A stretch of 64,000 nucleotides of DNA from Octopus sinensis. Its lineage: Eukaryota. This document shows, piece by piece, positions 22,512 to 35,307 of this stretch. Position 1 is the first letter of the stretch. The number at the start of each line of letters is the position of its first letter. The notes beneath the pieces were generated by a model, which was given only the letters and a program-made list of their open reading frames with translations, had not been told where the DNA came from and made no database searches. A program made the translations under genes and the position numbers. Location of the stretch: positions 45,668 through 109,667 of the forward strand of contig NW_021832606.1 in the NCBI RefSeq assembly GCF_006345805.1. The letters are read 5' to 3'.

Positions 22512-24182
22512 TGTGACATGGTTTGCGTGATACCTATGGGCCGCGCGATACCTGACGTGACCTTGCAGCTTAACTTAATGTCAATATTGTAATTAATATT
22601 AAACTTCAAAGAATAATAACTTGTTAATTATTTTTTAAGTCTGGACATTGGCACAACCGAATTTCGCTCATCGAATTTTTTATCTATTAAATTTGAATGT
22701 TTATACTACCTCAACGCGATTGTTTGATAAAATACTGATAATTTCTGCAGATGGATAATATGGAGATTCAAACTTATTCAGTCGCAATCTTTTCGGACTT
22801 GTAAACGAATAATTACAATCATCTACATATAGAAATTCAAATTACATGAATTTTCAATTGGACTCGGACAATTGTTTGCATCATCGACTTGATCAGGACT
22901 CAACAAATCATTACTTGAATTATCTAAGGAATAATTTTATAATTACAACATAAAATATTGTATTTATTCCACTTATTCCCCGGTATCTTTCAAAAGGGCT
23001 CTCATTAGAAGATGAGTGGACAGAAATGTTATAACTGTACACTGCATTTTCTAATTTTTCCAGCCACTTTTTATTATCATTGTCGATCATTTTTGCCATT
23101 TTTCTTGTAATTGACTGGTTGAAGCGTTCGACAATCCTTGTGAGCGGGGATTGTTTGGCCTTCCGTGAATTCGTTTGATATTGAATTCCTCACATAGATT
23201 GGTCATTTCACGATTCTTGAATTCAGTCCCATTATCGGACTGAAGAAATTGACACGGACCATTTAAGAAAAATAAGGTTTTCACAAACTTCATTTGAGGA
23301 CTTAGTGTAGAGCGACCTCGCAAATGCAAATCTATGAAAATTGTTGAAAAAACTAACCTGCTATATACGTCAATGACCGTTAAAATCCATTTAAAATTTT
23401 TATTTATAGTAGAAAAACTTTTCAGATCTATAAGATATATCTGAAATCTTTCATTTGGGCAAGATGCAAAGACATGGTTATTTATATCTCCAATCTAGGA
23501 TTTAAAAAGTTAAAACTTTTAAGGGTCACGCAAATTTACAAATTTCACAGTTTCGAATGACTTTTCGAATAATCTCATTTTTAACTGTGAAATATCGTTG
23601 TCGACATTCATATTCAATTTTGTTAACTCCTCCATGCAAGAAGTCATGCAAACTTTTAGCAACGATCTCCATTTCGGGTTCATTGTCCAGACAAATCACT
23701 AGCTTGTGATCTGAATTCGCACATTTAAGATACAATCTATACATTTACAATTTGTATGATACCTTTCATTAATTACAGTAAAATTTTCAATTTTCTTAAC
23801 TAGTCTATATTTTTTTTGCTTTGTAAGATGTTCAGGAAATTTATCCTGTAAAACATCTTTTAAAATTTGATATTCCAAACTATTCTTTACATAACCTTTG
23901 TACGAGGACATTGCTGCAAAACATACTTGCACGCTAGAAATAACTTAAGAAATTTAGGTTTTCCACCAAAAAAATTAATTTCTGATAATTAAATTCTTAC
24001 AAATATAATTTTTTGTCAAAATGAGAGAGTCTTTAGCTAATTTAGTAAATTATTAAATGATAAGAATGAGTCGCGGTCTAATTAAAAGATTTATAATTTA
24101 ATCCCATCAATGTCATAATTGCACATTTCAAGGTCACGTCAGGTATCGCGCGGCCCATAGGTATCGCGCAAACCATGTCACA
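22512..24182 (-). mobile_element. Full-length Ginger/TDD-like DNA transposon with decayed gypsy-type integrase
   Basis: About 55-bp near-perfect TIRs TGTGACATGGTTTGCG(T/C)GATACCTATGGGCCGCGCGATACCTGACGTGACCTTG and 5-bp TSD TATTA (22507-11, 24183-87). H..H...C..C zinc finger and IDL / QSDNGTEF / RSQG-ERFN catalytic triad. Confidence 0.92.
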
Positions 24183-24208
24183 TATTAGTATGTTAGTAGT
24201 TAAGTTAC

Positions 24209-24553
24209 TCATTTGAGATTTCCAATTTTATAATTTTTTAAAATTGTGAGAGCATCAACCCAGGGATGGTTCTTAAACAGTTACTTTACTCTCACAGAAC
24301 CTCATCAAACAGTTTGGAAGCATCCCCACCAGCCGCACTCATAATTTCATCAACTCCTCCCGGATGAAACGCTAAATAATCAGTTATGTCGAAGACATGT
24401 CCTTCAGGGACTTTTGTTGGAAAATAAACCTCTTAAGGAAATCCATACGTCTTGGTGAGTACAATGAGTCGACAACTCTTCCAATGTGACCACCCTCAAT
24501 TTCCTATTCTTAGCCTCCTTTTGTTTTTTAGATGAAAACGAAGCCCAGTCCAT
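24209..24553 (-). CDS. Stand-alone cytochrome b5 heme-binding domain (CYB5R4 N-terminal-like), absent from the ORF track
   Basis: Two micro-introns removed gives MDWASF...VTLEELSTHCTHQDVWISLR|GHVFDITDYLAFHPGGVDEIMSAAGGDASKLFDE|NHPWVDALTILKNYKIGNLK*, with HPGG and a second His ligand. Confidence 0.8.
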
Positions 24554-24899
24554 AATTCCTTCGACACTATTTTCTTCGTAATGTTTGTTATTTTAGTTCA
24601 ATTTTGACATAATTGCTACAAATTAACGTAATAATTATATAACGTAATATTAACGTAATAATCTCGATGCGCGGAATAATCAGACAACCCGTCGTTCGGG
24701 TTAAGACAACGATATGACAAAATTCCTAATTTCCAAAATAATTTAATCATTCAAAAAAGTATTTGATGATTGTTAACAATGACTATGATAACAATATAAC
24801 TCAATTAACTAGCTATTCTTCTTTTATTAGAATTCTCACAAAATACCACTCGATTTCCACTTCCTTTTTGACATCAGTACTCGCCATTTTGTGATCCAA

Positions 24900-25430
24900 G
24901 TTGATATAAGATTTCCGACTGATAATGCTATCCCGAATAACAAGCCCGACATATTTTTTCATGACAAATCGAGCAACACAATTACACTTATCGAGGTGAG
25001 GATCACTTCACAAATTGTCTCAAGCAGGTAGAAGTTGGGAAGTTCCACGATTTGCTGGCGAATGATATAAGAGCGATCCAGCGGACAAAAGTAAAAATCG
25101 TCCCTGTCGTCATGACTTGGGACGCAATAGTGCCAAAATTCTTCAACAACAACCTAGAACAATGAAGGACATGGTGAAGAAATATATCCAGACACTGGTG
25201 TTGCAGAAGATCTTAAAGAGCATGCAAGCCAAGACAAGGCACGGGTTATCGATGCCTGTTGAGGAGGTAACCCCTGAACTGCGCGTTAACATGGATCTGC
25301 CCATCCTTGCACTGAACGTGGGTCCTACGAGGGTGAGGTTGATGCCACAAAAAACTACAAATAGCGAAAACGGAAGCTAAATAACTATTAATTATTTTGT
25401 TTTATTAACATTCTGTTACATCGTATTGCT
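24900..25430 (+). mobile_element. 3' end of RLE-type non-LTR retrotransposon (second copy of the family)
   Basis: NNKPDIFFHDK..TITLIEV (PD..D/E-xK-like), HDLLAND...KIVPVVMTWDAIV...YIQTLVLQKILKS, then an AT-rich tail. Confidence 0.7.
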
Positions 25431-27150
25431 TAATGGTCAACGGATTTTTTAGCTTTGTTACAGTGATTACATATTGATTCTTTTGGATCAAAAAATAAAT
25501 TTCTATCTTGAAGAAAAAATATTTTTGTGCACCTGAGCTGGAAAAAATCTGGAAAAGTCGGCCACGAATGCCGCATTGCTATCAACGGAAGAAAAAGTTG
25601 ACGAAATCGATGGATATAAGTATTTGTGAGCACTTAAAGTTTAATTCAAAAAGTCCAAAAACCAGACATGCTGAAAATAATTATTGGAGAAGTAGACACG
25701 CGAATTTAAAAAATAGCAAATACAAAACTAAATGGAGTGAACTTGTTCAAAGCAATTTATGAACACGCTCTCTCACTGTACAACTATTTCATTGGATTAG
25801 TCGATATTGAGCAATTCGAATATGAAATGATGGACGATAAAATCCAGTCAAAATTTATAGAATACAAGATACACTTTCGATTTCATACCTCTTTTGAAAG
25901 TGGATTGAGTTAAATTCTTCTTCCAAGTGAACTTATGCTTCTTTGATTTTTTATGGACTTAAACATTGATGTGGTGTCTACAAAAGAAGCTTCTCAATTC
26001 TTTAGGCTAAAATGATGGAAAAATTCATCTGGTCACTATCGGAGAGTACCTGAAGCACAAATATTTACTTGAAGAATCAGTTCTACTTAACAAAAACTAG
26101 TGGTAGATGTTCAGAAAAAGTATTTACTGGGCCAGATTTTTTTAAATGTCTATTACATCTAATAAAAAAATGGTACAGAAGATTTTGTTAATTTTATAAA
26201 CTCTAATCACTGGCTAGCCAGAGGCAGCAGCCTTAAACAGTCCGGAGGCTTATTCTGTCTGATGCAAGATAGATATTTGCAAGATAGATATTTGTAAGTT
26301 GATGATGGTTTGATTTTTATCACAAAGTATTAAAATTCTGCATGCATATAATAATCTTCGTAATAATATTGACTCCACCACAGACTTGTAGACAAAAATG
26401 AAAGTTTTCGCATCCATGTTGAAATGAATTAGACTTGTCGGTATTTTGGTCGCCCTCTGCTTTCTAATTTACATCCTTTAAGTAGTTTTCCATTATTTTG
26501 AAATACAACTCCAAAGTAATACAACTCCCAGATTTTGTTTGAAATCAGATAGTCAACTTTTATCGTGTCTATTATTTCTCTTTCTAGCTATATGAGTAAC
26601 TGTGCATTTGTCTGATGCTAGAGAAAGACCTTTACTGAGGACACATTTTATTCATCAAGTAGTTTGATCAATCTGCGCTATGTATTGCATGATCTCATAA
26701 TCTATTCTTTGTTAAAATATCATTTTCGTAAATAACTAAACAACAGTCATATTTCGCTGGTTTCAGAATATTAGCCATGTAAATGTTGAATAGCATAGAA
26801 CTGAACAGAGATTCCCGTGGAATCCTTCTTTGATGCCAGAGGCTTCGATACATTGTTTCCAACACAGATGTAAAGTTTTTTTTATATTTAAAGAAATTTC
26901 TGATTCAATTAAAACATTTCAGGTCTTTTGACTCTCGCTAAAAGTTATAGATGCCATTCATTGTCAAACGCCTTCGTGATATTCAGACAAATAGGAGTTA
27001 ATGTATTATTTGAGCCATTCATGGGAACTCACAGTGGAGTTCAAAAAACAATGTTGTATTCTCTGTGTGACTAGACAATTTACTGTAAACATTTTGTTCA
27101 TTATTCGGGACAATGTGCAGATAGAGCTAATCGGTGATTGGTCTTTACTT
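25430..27150 (-). mobile_element. Highly degenerate non-LTR retrotransposon remnants
   Basis: KAFDN-like, RIPRESLFSSMLFNIYM (GVPQGSxLSPxLFNIY-like) and YEND (YADD-like) near 26700-27000. LQDRNLFF...CNHC...KSVDH zinc-knuckle at 25430-25560. May be more than one element. Confidence 0.45.
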
Positions 27151-27701
27151 TTTCAAGTATTGAGATCATGGATATAACAGTTTTTCTCCGACCTAACGAC
27201 AAGCTTGAATTGAAAATATCAAATTTGATAAAAAATGATTTTTACAATCAATTCTTGTATGTTGTGAGTGGAATCATGTCATACCCAGTTGCACTATTTT
27301 TGCACGTTTGATCTCACTAACAATTTTTGTTGTAAACGTTGCATTATAGATTAGCAAAACCCAATTAGTCGACTGCAATTATCAACATCGGTAGATTTAT
27401 CCAACTGGAGTGAAATCTCGATGAAAAATTTTTTTTCAAAAACAAGTTGGAGGGGAAAAAGTTTAGTAAATCTTGCAATGGTCTGGCTTCTGATGGCTAA
27501 ATGTATTAATACTATTTTTATCTTATAAAATATAGATAAGCAAGGAGTACCAGATACAAAAATAAAGAAGCATCATTTTTGGCGCATCCCACTGCTACAC
27601 TTATATCAACACAAACAAAATATGGAATAGCTAATACGCAATCATTTGGATAAAAAGTTATTTGAATACAAAACAAAAAAAACAATTTGGAAATAGAAAA
27701 A

Positions 27702-29459
27702 TCAAATCTGAACTTTTCTTTTTCGAGAAGTTGGTTTTGCGGATTTCTTAGTAACCCTACCACCGTTTTCCTTGACGTTGGTGGTCCCCTCAAATAAAAG
27801 GTCAATCTTACCAACGGATCCCCCAACTGCTCTGCCTTAAGCATAGCCCTACAACGGACAATATGCATATCCACGTTGGTTTCGTCGAATGCCTCTTCTA
27901 ATTTCACTTTTTGCACATTTTCCTTAAAATCAGTCAATTCAATACATTTATGAACTTTATTTGTTTGCCGACCAAATTGACGAGGGCATCCTTGTCATCC
28001 TTCACTACAAACGACTCGACAGCGTCAGTCAATCCCTTCTCAGTCAACAAATTCAGTCTTTGCCCCGACGAGTCAGGGTTCACAGCCTACGTGTCCAATA
28101 GTCACAATACTGTGGCCGAGAACCTCTGTCTCACCATGTCGACAATGTTGGCTGATTTATTAACAGTTTCCTGTTTTTTTAAGTTTGAACTGTCATTTTT
28201 AGAGTTCTTTTTGTTTGAGCGGAAGAAAGTCACAATGTCACGGGGATTTGCGACCCGGTCAAAAAACTGTTGTGCCAGCTTAAAAGTGGAGAATGACTCG
28301 AATCCCCCAGTGAGATCGACTCTAACTCTAACCAATGGAAGGACATCCGAGTGCCCCCAGAATAACAACCAGAGTGGACCCTCGTGAGGATACTATCAAT
28401 CTCTGCCTTCACATGACTCTCAATCTTGGAAGAGTCGCAAAAACTATCAAAAATGGAATCAATACAAATCGATTCAAAAATGAATGGGCGGACTGTCTTT
28501 AATTCAATTTTATTCATTTTGAATTGCCGCCCTGTGACCTACAACGAAGAGAAGACATGTTTACTTGGAGGAGGCCGACATGTTTAGGCTTGGACTCCCC
28601 TTCACTGAGGGCAGTGGCCACGGAAGAGCCTGGTTGGGAGACGTGGAATTGAGTGATGGGGTTGAGGACTGGGTCAATCAGACTCTCGTGTTCGTGTCCC
28701 CATATGACCAGGTCAATGAAGTGAGCCAAGTACTCCTCGGGGATGTAGTTCTTTGGTCCGTGGGGCACACGGTTTTGGTGGATGACGAATATGTTGAACC
28801 ACTCCTCCCAGTGTTCAGCAGGACGTAATAACTTTACTTTCCGATGCTCAAAAATGCTATTTATAGTCCAAATAGAACAGACCGTCTCAGCCGCTCGTCC
28901 CTGACCGACCCCAGTCCATATATGCTCAGTCTTGTCCCCCCCTTCGAGAGGAGGAGAGGATTCACCACCACTTCTCCCAACTCCTCGGAAAAACCGAAAT
29001 AGTTGAGCAACCCCACGGAATGGAGAATGTCCAGACAAGACAGATTCTTCTGGCCTGTCGGGTCATCGTGATTGCCTAATTCAGTCAGTGAGTGAGCACA
29101 CCGTGGATGGAGAATATAGGGAAGGCGATGTTGAGGTGGGGATCTCCGTGGTTGGCCCATTTGAAGTCCGAACGGCCAAAGTTGGTGGCCTGGTCACTCA
29201 GGATTTGGAATCGGCAGTCTCCACAGCCAAAGCAGTATTTTCGAATGAGATTGGCTGTTCTGTGGAGAGTGTTGCAGGAGGGTCTGTTGTCGTGAAATAA
29301 ATCTCCGCCCAGTAAGATCAAGTCCACTGAGTTGGAGACAGCTTGTTGTAGGATTTCTTCAAATGTTATAAAACTGTCGTCTCCTCGGATGGGGTCCTTC
29401 TCTGCATACCCCAGGTGGATATCTGTGGCCACTAGTATGTTGAATGTGTCTTCCGTCAT
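27702..29459 (-). CDS. MRE11: MRE11 double-strand break repair nuclease
   Basis: [27 protein letters not shown]|NHDDP, LYGLGS.RDERL, FVIHQNR, IWGHEHE and [15 protein letters not shown]-terminal exon joins and stop (27702) approximate. Confidence 0.95.
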
Positions 29460-29699
29460 TTTCTATAATATATAACAACTGCCCACCAAAAATATATTTT
29501 ACCGCGCTAAACAAATTAATTTAATGTTTCTTAAAACTAATTTATAATTAATTAATATAAAGAACTAACTAACTTTTTACTCCATCTTATATAAGTTGTC
29601 TAAAATTACAATTAATTATTTCATACATTGTCGATTTGTTGATCGGAAATATTATTTATTTAATTAATAATAAATTTCAATATTATTGATTAATTAAAT

Positions 29700-30550
29700 T
29701 TCAGCAATAAATACGCAAGCGGTAAAAAATAAATCAAAACGCAGAAGCATTATCAATAATGTGCTTCCTTTCAACACGTACCTTCATTCCCTCTAATTTC
29801 TCCAGAAATTGACAAACTGAGACTGATGTGGAAATTCTTGGCCACCAACTCCAACCACGACCTGACGGACCGCCAACTAAATTTGGTGTTGACTGCCTTC
29901 CTCAGACTTGCCTCGCCAAGTCCTGAATTCAAACTGATTTTATCCAAAATCCTGTGTTTGGAAGGATGGGTGGTTTCCCTGCTTTTTGAGTTGGGGAGGT
30001 CTGACTGAGTGTTATAATATCCCAATAAATTGTTACCTGAGTAGTGTAAGGCAGCAAACACAAATTGATTGATCATTGGAAACCAATATTTGGTTTAATA
30101 TTAATTGACCAATCTATTGAGACATTCGATATAGTTCCATCCAAAGTACATTCGAAAAGTCGATTTTACTCAAATGTGATAAAATCAGCTTTTTGTTTTC
30201 CTGTCGAAATATCGGATTTTAGTTTATTTTAATAAATATTAATGGGCCATGACTGATATGTCTGTACATTTAGTGTATTTATTACGTCATTTTACCATTC
30301 AACAATGTCATCTCACTTGTCTTGACGTACAAAACTTACGTCTCTCATAAAGTTCATTTTTATAGTTAAATGCACATACGTCGACAATCCAAAATGTATA
30401 AAAATAAACCGGACTTTTGAGAAGTAGGTGTATTCGAACAAATATGATCATTCGAAATAGAAGTAGCAAAGTTGAAGATTGACTCGATGGACACATCAGA
30501 AATGTAGATTAACGTAACTTACACATCATGATTGGAGAAAAGGCAGATAT
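29700..30550 (+). CDS. Possible unknown micro-intron gene divergent from MRE11
   Basis: Short open blocks (e.g. 29826-30008) separated by GT..AG 20-30 nt candidates. No family recognised; strand and limits uncertain. Confidence 0.3.
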
Positions 30551-30823
30551 AAATTACTGTGGTACATTCAGGAATGTCATTATAGATATTCTCAGCTTTA
30601 TGGATCTTAACCTAGCACAATCAACTTTTGTATTGCTCTAATCATTTTTGTGATTGATTAGATTTTTATTTGTATAAAATTGATTTTTATGATATTTTTG
30701 AAATTATCGTAATTCTCAACTTATAAAAGTGTTTTAAAATTAACTCAGAGGATAATAATTCGAACTAGAAAATGGCGGATAATAACTGGGAGAATATCAC
30801 ATGTAACATTACTAATAAATGTG

Positions 30824-32367
30824 TTAAAAATTAACTCCAAGAGCGAACTGAAATCCCCGACAAGTCCTAAAAATAATAAGACAGACGACCTGTCATGAGC
30901 AGCCGACACAACCGGCACCACAAAATTGCATTCGACACGACACACATTGGCCAGTGAAGTGACCATCCCCACCCCCACAGCCAACCTGTAATCCCCCAAC
31001 AACTCAGACACGCCAGAAAATGCACAAGACAAGGCCCCACTATTGACAAACGTTTGGAGAGTAAATAATCGGTTGAGAGGATGTGAGGACGACAGAAAGG
31101 GGAATGGGAAATACAAATGAGCGTTGGCAGTCCAAAAGACATTCCCGCCGAGCATTGCGTCTACATCCATTACATCACCAATTAACCATCGGAGGACGGA
31201 CCCAGCCCGTTCAGTTGAAACCCCCGCAGCCTCAACGGCCCTCCGTGGAAATACCGGTCGCAGAGGTTGGACTCCCCCGAACCAGGCAAAACAATTCCGC
31301 CGCCCAATTTCAACTCGATAAGCTACACAATCATCTTATTAATATACGTATTTTTCTATCGGTTCGACACACGCAAGCAACGAAACTTCATTGCTCACAA
31401 AACAAGTATCCCCTCCCAGTCCAGCCAATTCCTAAATATATTACAATTATTAATATTGGAAATATATCGATGTGGAGACCTGGGTTAACTTGAAAGCGAA
31501 TCCGGGTGTGGGGACGAGGAGATCCGCACAAGTGGACGTAGAGAACACGTGCTGGAAAATAAAAAGAATATTACTTTGATGGAGGACTTGAGACTGTGTC
31601 CGAATTGTCCCCTCACGTCGAAGGATACGTCTTTCCCACCCAGTCCACCCAAATGTCTCCACACTCCCTCCCAACGAAGGCTGTGAGTACCAAATCGGGA
31701 GTTTGTCTGCAGTTAAGGGACCCCCTAACCAAATACTCAGCCAAGATCCCCGTTCCCGTAAGTCTGGATGTGTTCCAATCATGTTCCTGACTTTGACGGA
31801 ATAACTCAATAGATATTCTTAATATTTCTACCAAAAATGACCACCTTTTACTAAGATCAAAGCCGAATGGTTTCTCGGCCTTCAAAGAGAAGCTTTCTCC
31901 CTCAGTCCCACAACATAGGAAGACGACAATTCCTCGCACCTTCCGAGCGTGTTGGGCATATTCAGACTCCAGCTCTGCACACTCAGTGCAATAACAAACC
32001 AGAAAAGAGTCGGATTTGCCAGTAGACACGTCACAACTTCCCGTCAGTCGGCCTTTCTCCTTCACATCAAAGGTTATGTCGTAAAGTGAAGGTTCCTCAG
32101 TGTTGGTCGTACCCACCACTACGTCAGTCTTGCTGAATATTCCCAGAGAGTCCAATTTGAGCTTAGTTTCATGGGCCTTGGTGATCATCTGCCTTGATTA
32201 GATCTAGTGGGGTCACCAACGTCCTTCAAGTTCGAACATTTGAATAAATCACGAATGTAGTTTATTAGGAAATGTCGTGATGTGCGCGATATTCCATCAA
32301 AGTGCACATTTTCCACAAAAGCAGGGATATTCTCTAGTTTGGTTATATTCGCCGAGTCGTTGGTCAT
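30824..32367 (-). CDS. SAMM50: Sorting and assembly machinery 50 (Omp85 family)
   Basis: [17 protein letters not shown]..., KLDSLGIF, then barrel [19 protein letters not shown] and RVECNF. A 23-nt intron gives the beta-signal end DR|[13 protein letters not shown]. Confidence 0.9.
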
Positions 32368-32669
32368 CTATAACGTGGATAACAAACACGCCAAAAGTTG
32401 AAAATTTTATTATAATCAAAAATTTGTATCAAATGTCTGAAAAAGAAATGTAAAATATTATTTCTAGGACCTTAAATTACAAAATACAGTTGTTAATAAA
32501 AATGTGGAATCTGGTCTATGGCGCATACTCGGAGAAAGAATTCTTTTTTAATGCTAAAGTCATTATTAAACAAATTCTAATGAAACCAGAAATTGCGTTT
32601 TTGCGGTTCGTTCTTGACACAATAAGTTCGCTAAAATTCGAAATATTTAAAAAATAGGTTTGTCCTCGA

Positions 32670-35307
32670 ATGTCCATAACTATTTCTGAACCGACTCAAA
32701 AAACAATTTTACTTCGAGTGGTTGTGCCAAAAACTAGTTCCGAAGTATTCACTTTGGTCGAATTTAGAAAGTAATAGAAGTCTGCCCATCCGCCTCCATT
32801 TGGGATGTCAAAACTCAAATAATCAATGAAATAGGCCACGTCAGTAAACTCGGAGTTTGACCTTAGCAGACTTTGAAGGATCCGTACAACTATGAGCTCC
32901 ATCTCCACTCCAGACCCTACCGGGAGGGGGCGTTCCTGGAGGAGTCCAAGCATTTAAACGACTACCAAGTCGAATTTCCGATTGACACGATCACGGTTTG
33001 CCTACAGGACTAATCTTAGTTCAAAAAAATGAATATAAAAAGAAAACTCGGAAAAGTTTGATTGCCATTTCACTTTTAGAAAAACCTGTCAAAGTTATTG
33101 AGTCACATTAAAGACAACAACTTGGAAATGGTCAGGAAAATCATTTCGTTGAGGTACAACATCAACGTGATCGACAAAGAGTCCGGAGGTTTGTCGTGTA
33201 TTGTAATTGGTAGAGACACCATTGACCTTGGCCTCGCAAATCGGGGCGACGAGTTCTATAATCTCCGAAATGCACAAATATGGTGGATGCTTGTCTTATA
33301 GAAATGCCGAGTCCTTCGCTCCTCTCCACAAGGCGGCCCAATGCAACAATTTCCATGTCATCAAGGTATAGTAACGCACTCATCCTAGACACTCGTACAC
33401 CTGGGGGGCTCGACCCTCATCAGGGACTGCTTCAACCTCACTCCTCTCTACTATGCTGTCAAAAACATATCAAATCCAAAGCTGATTCAATTCCTGCTCG
33501 AAAACGGGTCTCCTGTCAATTGTGTGGACAGTACTGGCAAAACAGAGTTACATTACGTTTATGGTCTGCTTACTCACAGCGCAGGCTTGCACGTTTTGTT
33601 CCCTTGAGGCATTCGAGTTGCTGTTGAATTACGGGGCTGACATCAACGCGGAGGACGCAGAGGGCAACACTTGTCTTCATATTTGTGTCAAAATGAATAA
33701 CGTATTTCCCACTATCACCCTCAGGCCACGGCTGTAGAGTTTTTGCTTCGAAAGGGGGCCAATCCGGGACTGTTAAACTTGGCGATGATGTCCCCGTACG
33801 ACCTCGCTCTAAATAGTGACAAAAAGTCAATTTTGTCACTTTTTCCGGGAAAAAACAGTATTTCAGCAACTCTGAATATTAGTGACTACGAACCCTAAAG
33901 TCAGGTCTGACCGGCCTCCAAAACTGAGTCAACTAAAGTCTAACTGTACGATGATTTCTGCTTGGGAAAGCACGAAGAGTATGAAATTAAGTCCAAAGTC
34001 TTTCATGGGTTCATTAAATTCACTTTTTTCAAAAAAATCAATTCTATCAAAATACTCACTCAGTTCTGTGTCAAGTTATCTTGTCGTGCCATAAACCTAA
34101 AGGACTGAGACTGGACTGCTCTGACTCGATCGACCTCCAGTCAATGGAACCGACTGCTAAATCATACGTCACCAAAACGCTATGGTTTTGCAGGCGATTC
34201 AGAAAATGTGGAATAGTTATTAGAGGAACTACAAGTTTGACACGTGTCTTTGAAGCTTGATAGAGAAAAGGAAACCAGAAGACCTTGATTCGGGGTTCTG
34301 TTCGATTCCGTCGTTCACTTTTGTCGAGTTAGTGGAGAAAGGGTCTGAAGAAATAAAGGCTGGTTTCAGGAAAAATGACTTTCTACTGGAGGTTACTCAT
34401 ATTTGTCGTCCATTAGTAAGATTGACGGGGTCGACGTACGATGTATGCACAAAACCAAGGTCCAAAGCATTATTCGCCAACGTGGAGTTGTTCAAACTTA
34501 TAAAATTGCCTACGTCGAAGGCTCTGATGTGGCTGAGTCTGAGTACTTAACAAACCACTACGAAAGAACTCTGTCCACATTGACAACATCAAGAATTATT
34601 TCAAAGTGACAACTATGGTGTATTTTAGGCCAAAAACCACAACTAGAAAATTGGAAAGTCTAATGAAGGACTACCCTCCTCCGGATACCTTCTCTTACGA
34701 GACAATAAAGACAATTGTTTTGCCCTCTTCTTTGAACGCCCAGACGCGTATAATTCCCAAAAATGACATTTCCCCTCCTGAAGAGTTTATTTCAAAATTC
34801 CCAGAACGTGTTATATCAACTCCGAAAAAAAATTACACGCTAATCAGGGAACTTAAGCAAGTACTAAAAACAAGACAATTGCGAAAACAATCCTCACTTC
34901 CTCAGGAGATCAAATCTGACCGTTTGAATCAATTCAGACATAAAACTCACTCCATGTCCTCGCAAGGTGGAGAATCTGGTTACGTAGATTCTGTGAAACA
35001 GGGAAACGTGCTAACATACTCCACAAATTCCGATTCTTTCAACCACGGTGAAAATGGAAATTCTATCAGACAAAAATTATTTTTAAAATATGGAATTGAT
35101 CCAAAATCTCTAGATGAAGACACCAGTGAAGGGGTGGCGATGCCCGTCAGTAGCAAAATCGCATATTCATCTCAGGCAACTCTCCCAACGAACACGAGAG
35201 CAAGCAATAAAAAACAGGATTTGACTTTGACACTGTCTTCAAACAGAATATCAAGATGGGTCGTTGGTGACATGTCGCCGCAAGGCTTTAAATATACCAA
35301 CTTTTAA
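32670..35307 (+). CDS. SHANK: SHANK-like scaffold (SPN domain, ankyrin repeats, PDZ; no SH3 or SAM recognised)
   Basis: LLRVVVP...SIWDVK...TLKDPYNYELH...GAFLEESKHLNDY (SPN); ETPLTLA, PLHKAA, LTPLYYA and GNTCLHIC (ANK); GIVIRG...AGFRKNDFLLE|IDG (PDZ); long Ser-rich tail. Confidence 0.8.

Noticed and set aside
24553-24610. In-frame TAA between an upstream ATG and the b5 domain as stop-codon reassignment
   Set aside because: TAA terminates NEDD8-like, SAMM50 and SHANK-like normally; the MDW ATG is an adequate start.
30745-30823. C-terminal extension of SAMM50 as shown in the ORF track
   Set aside because: A 23-nt intron gives the conserved FQFALGVNF end instead.
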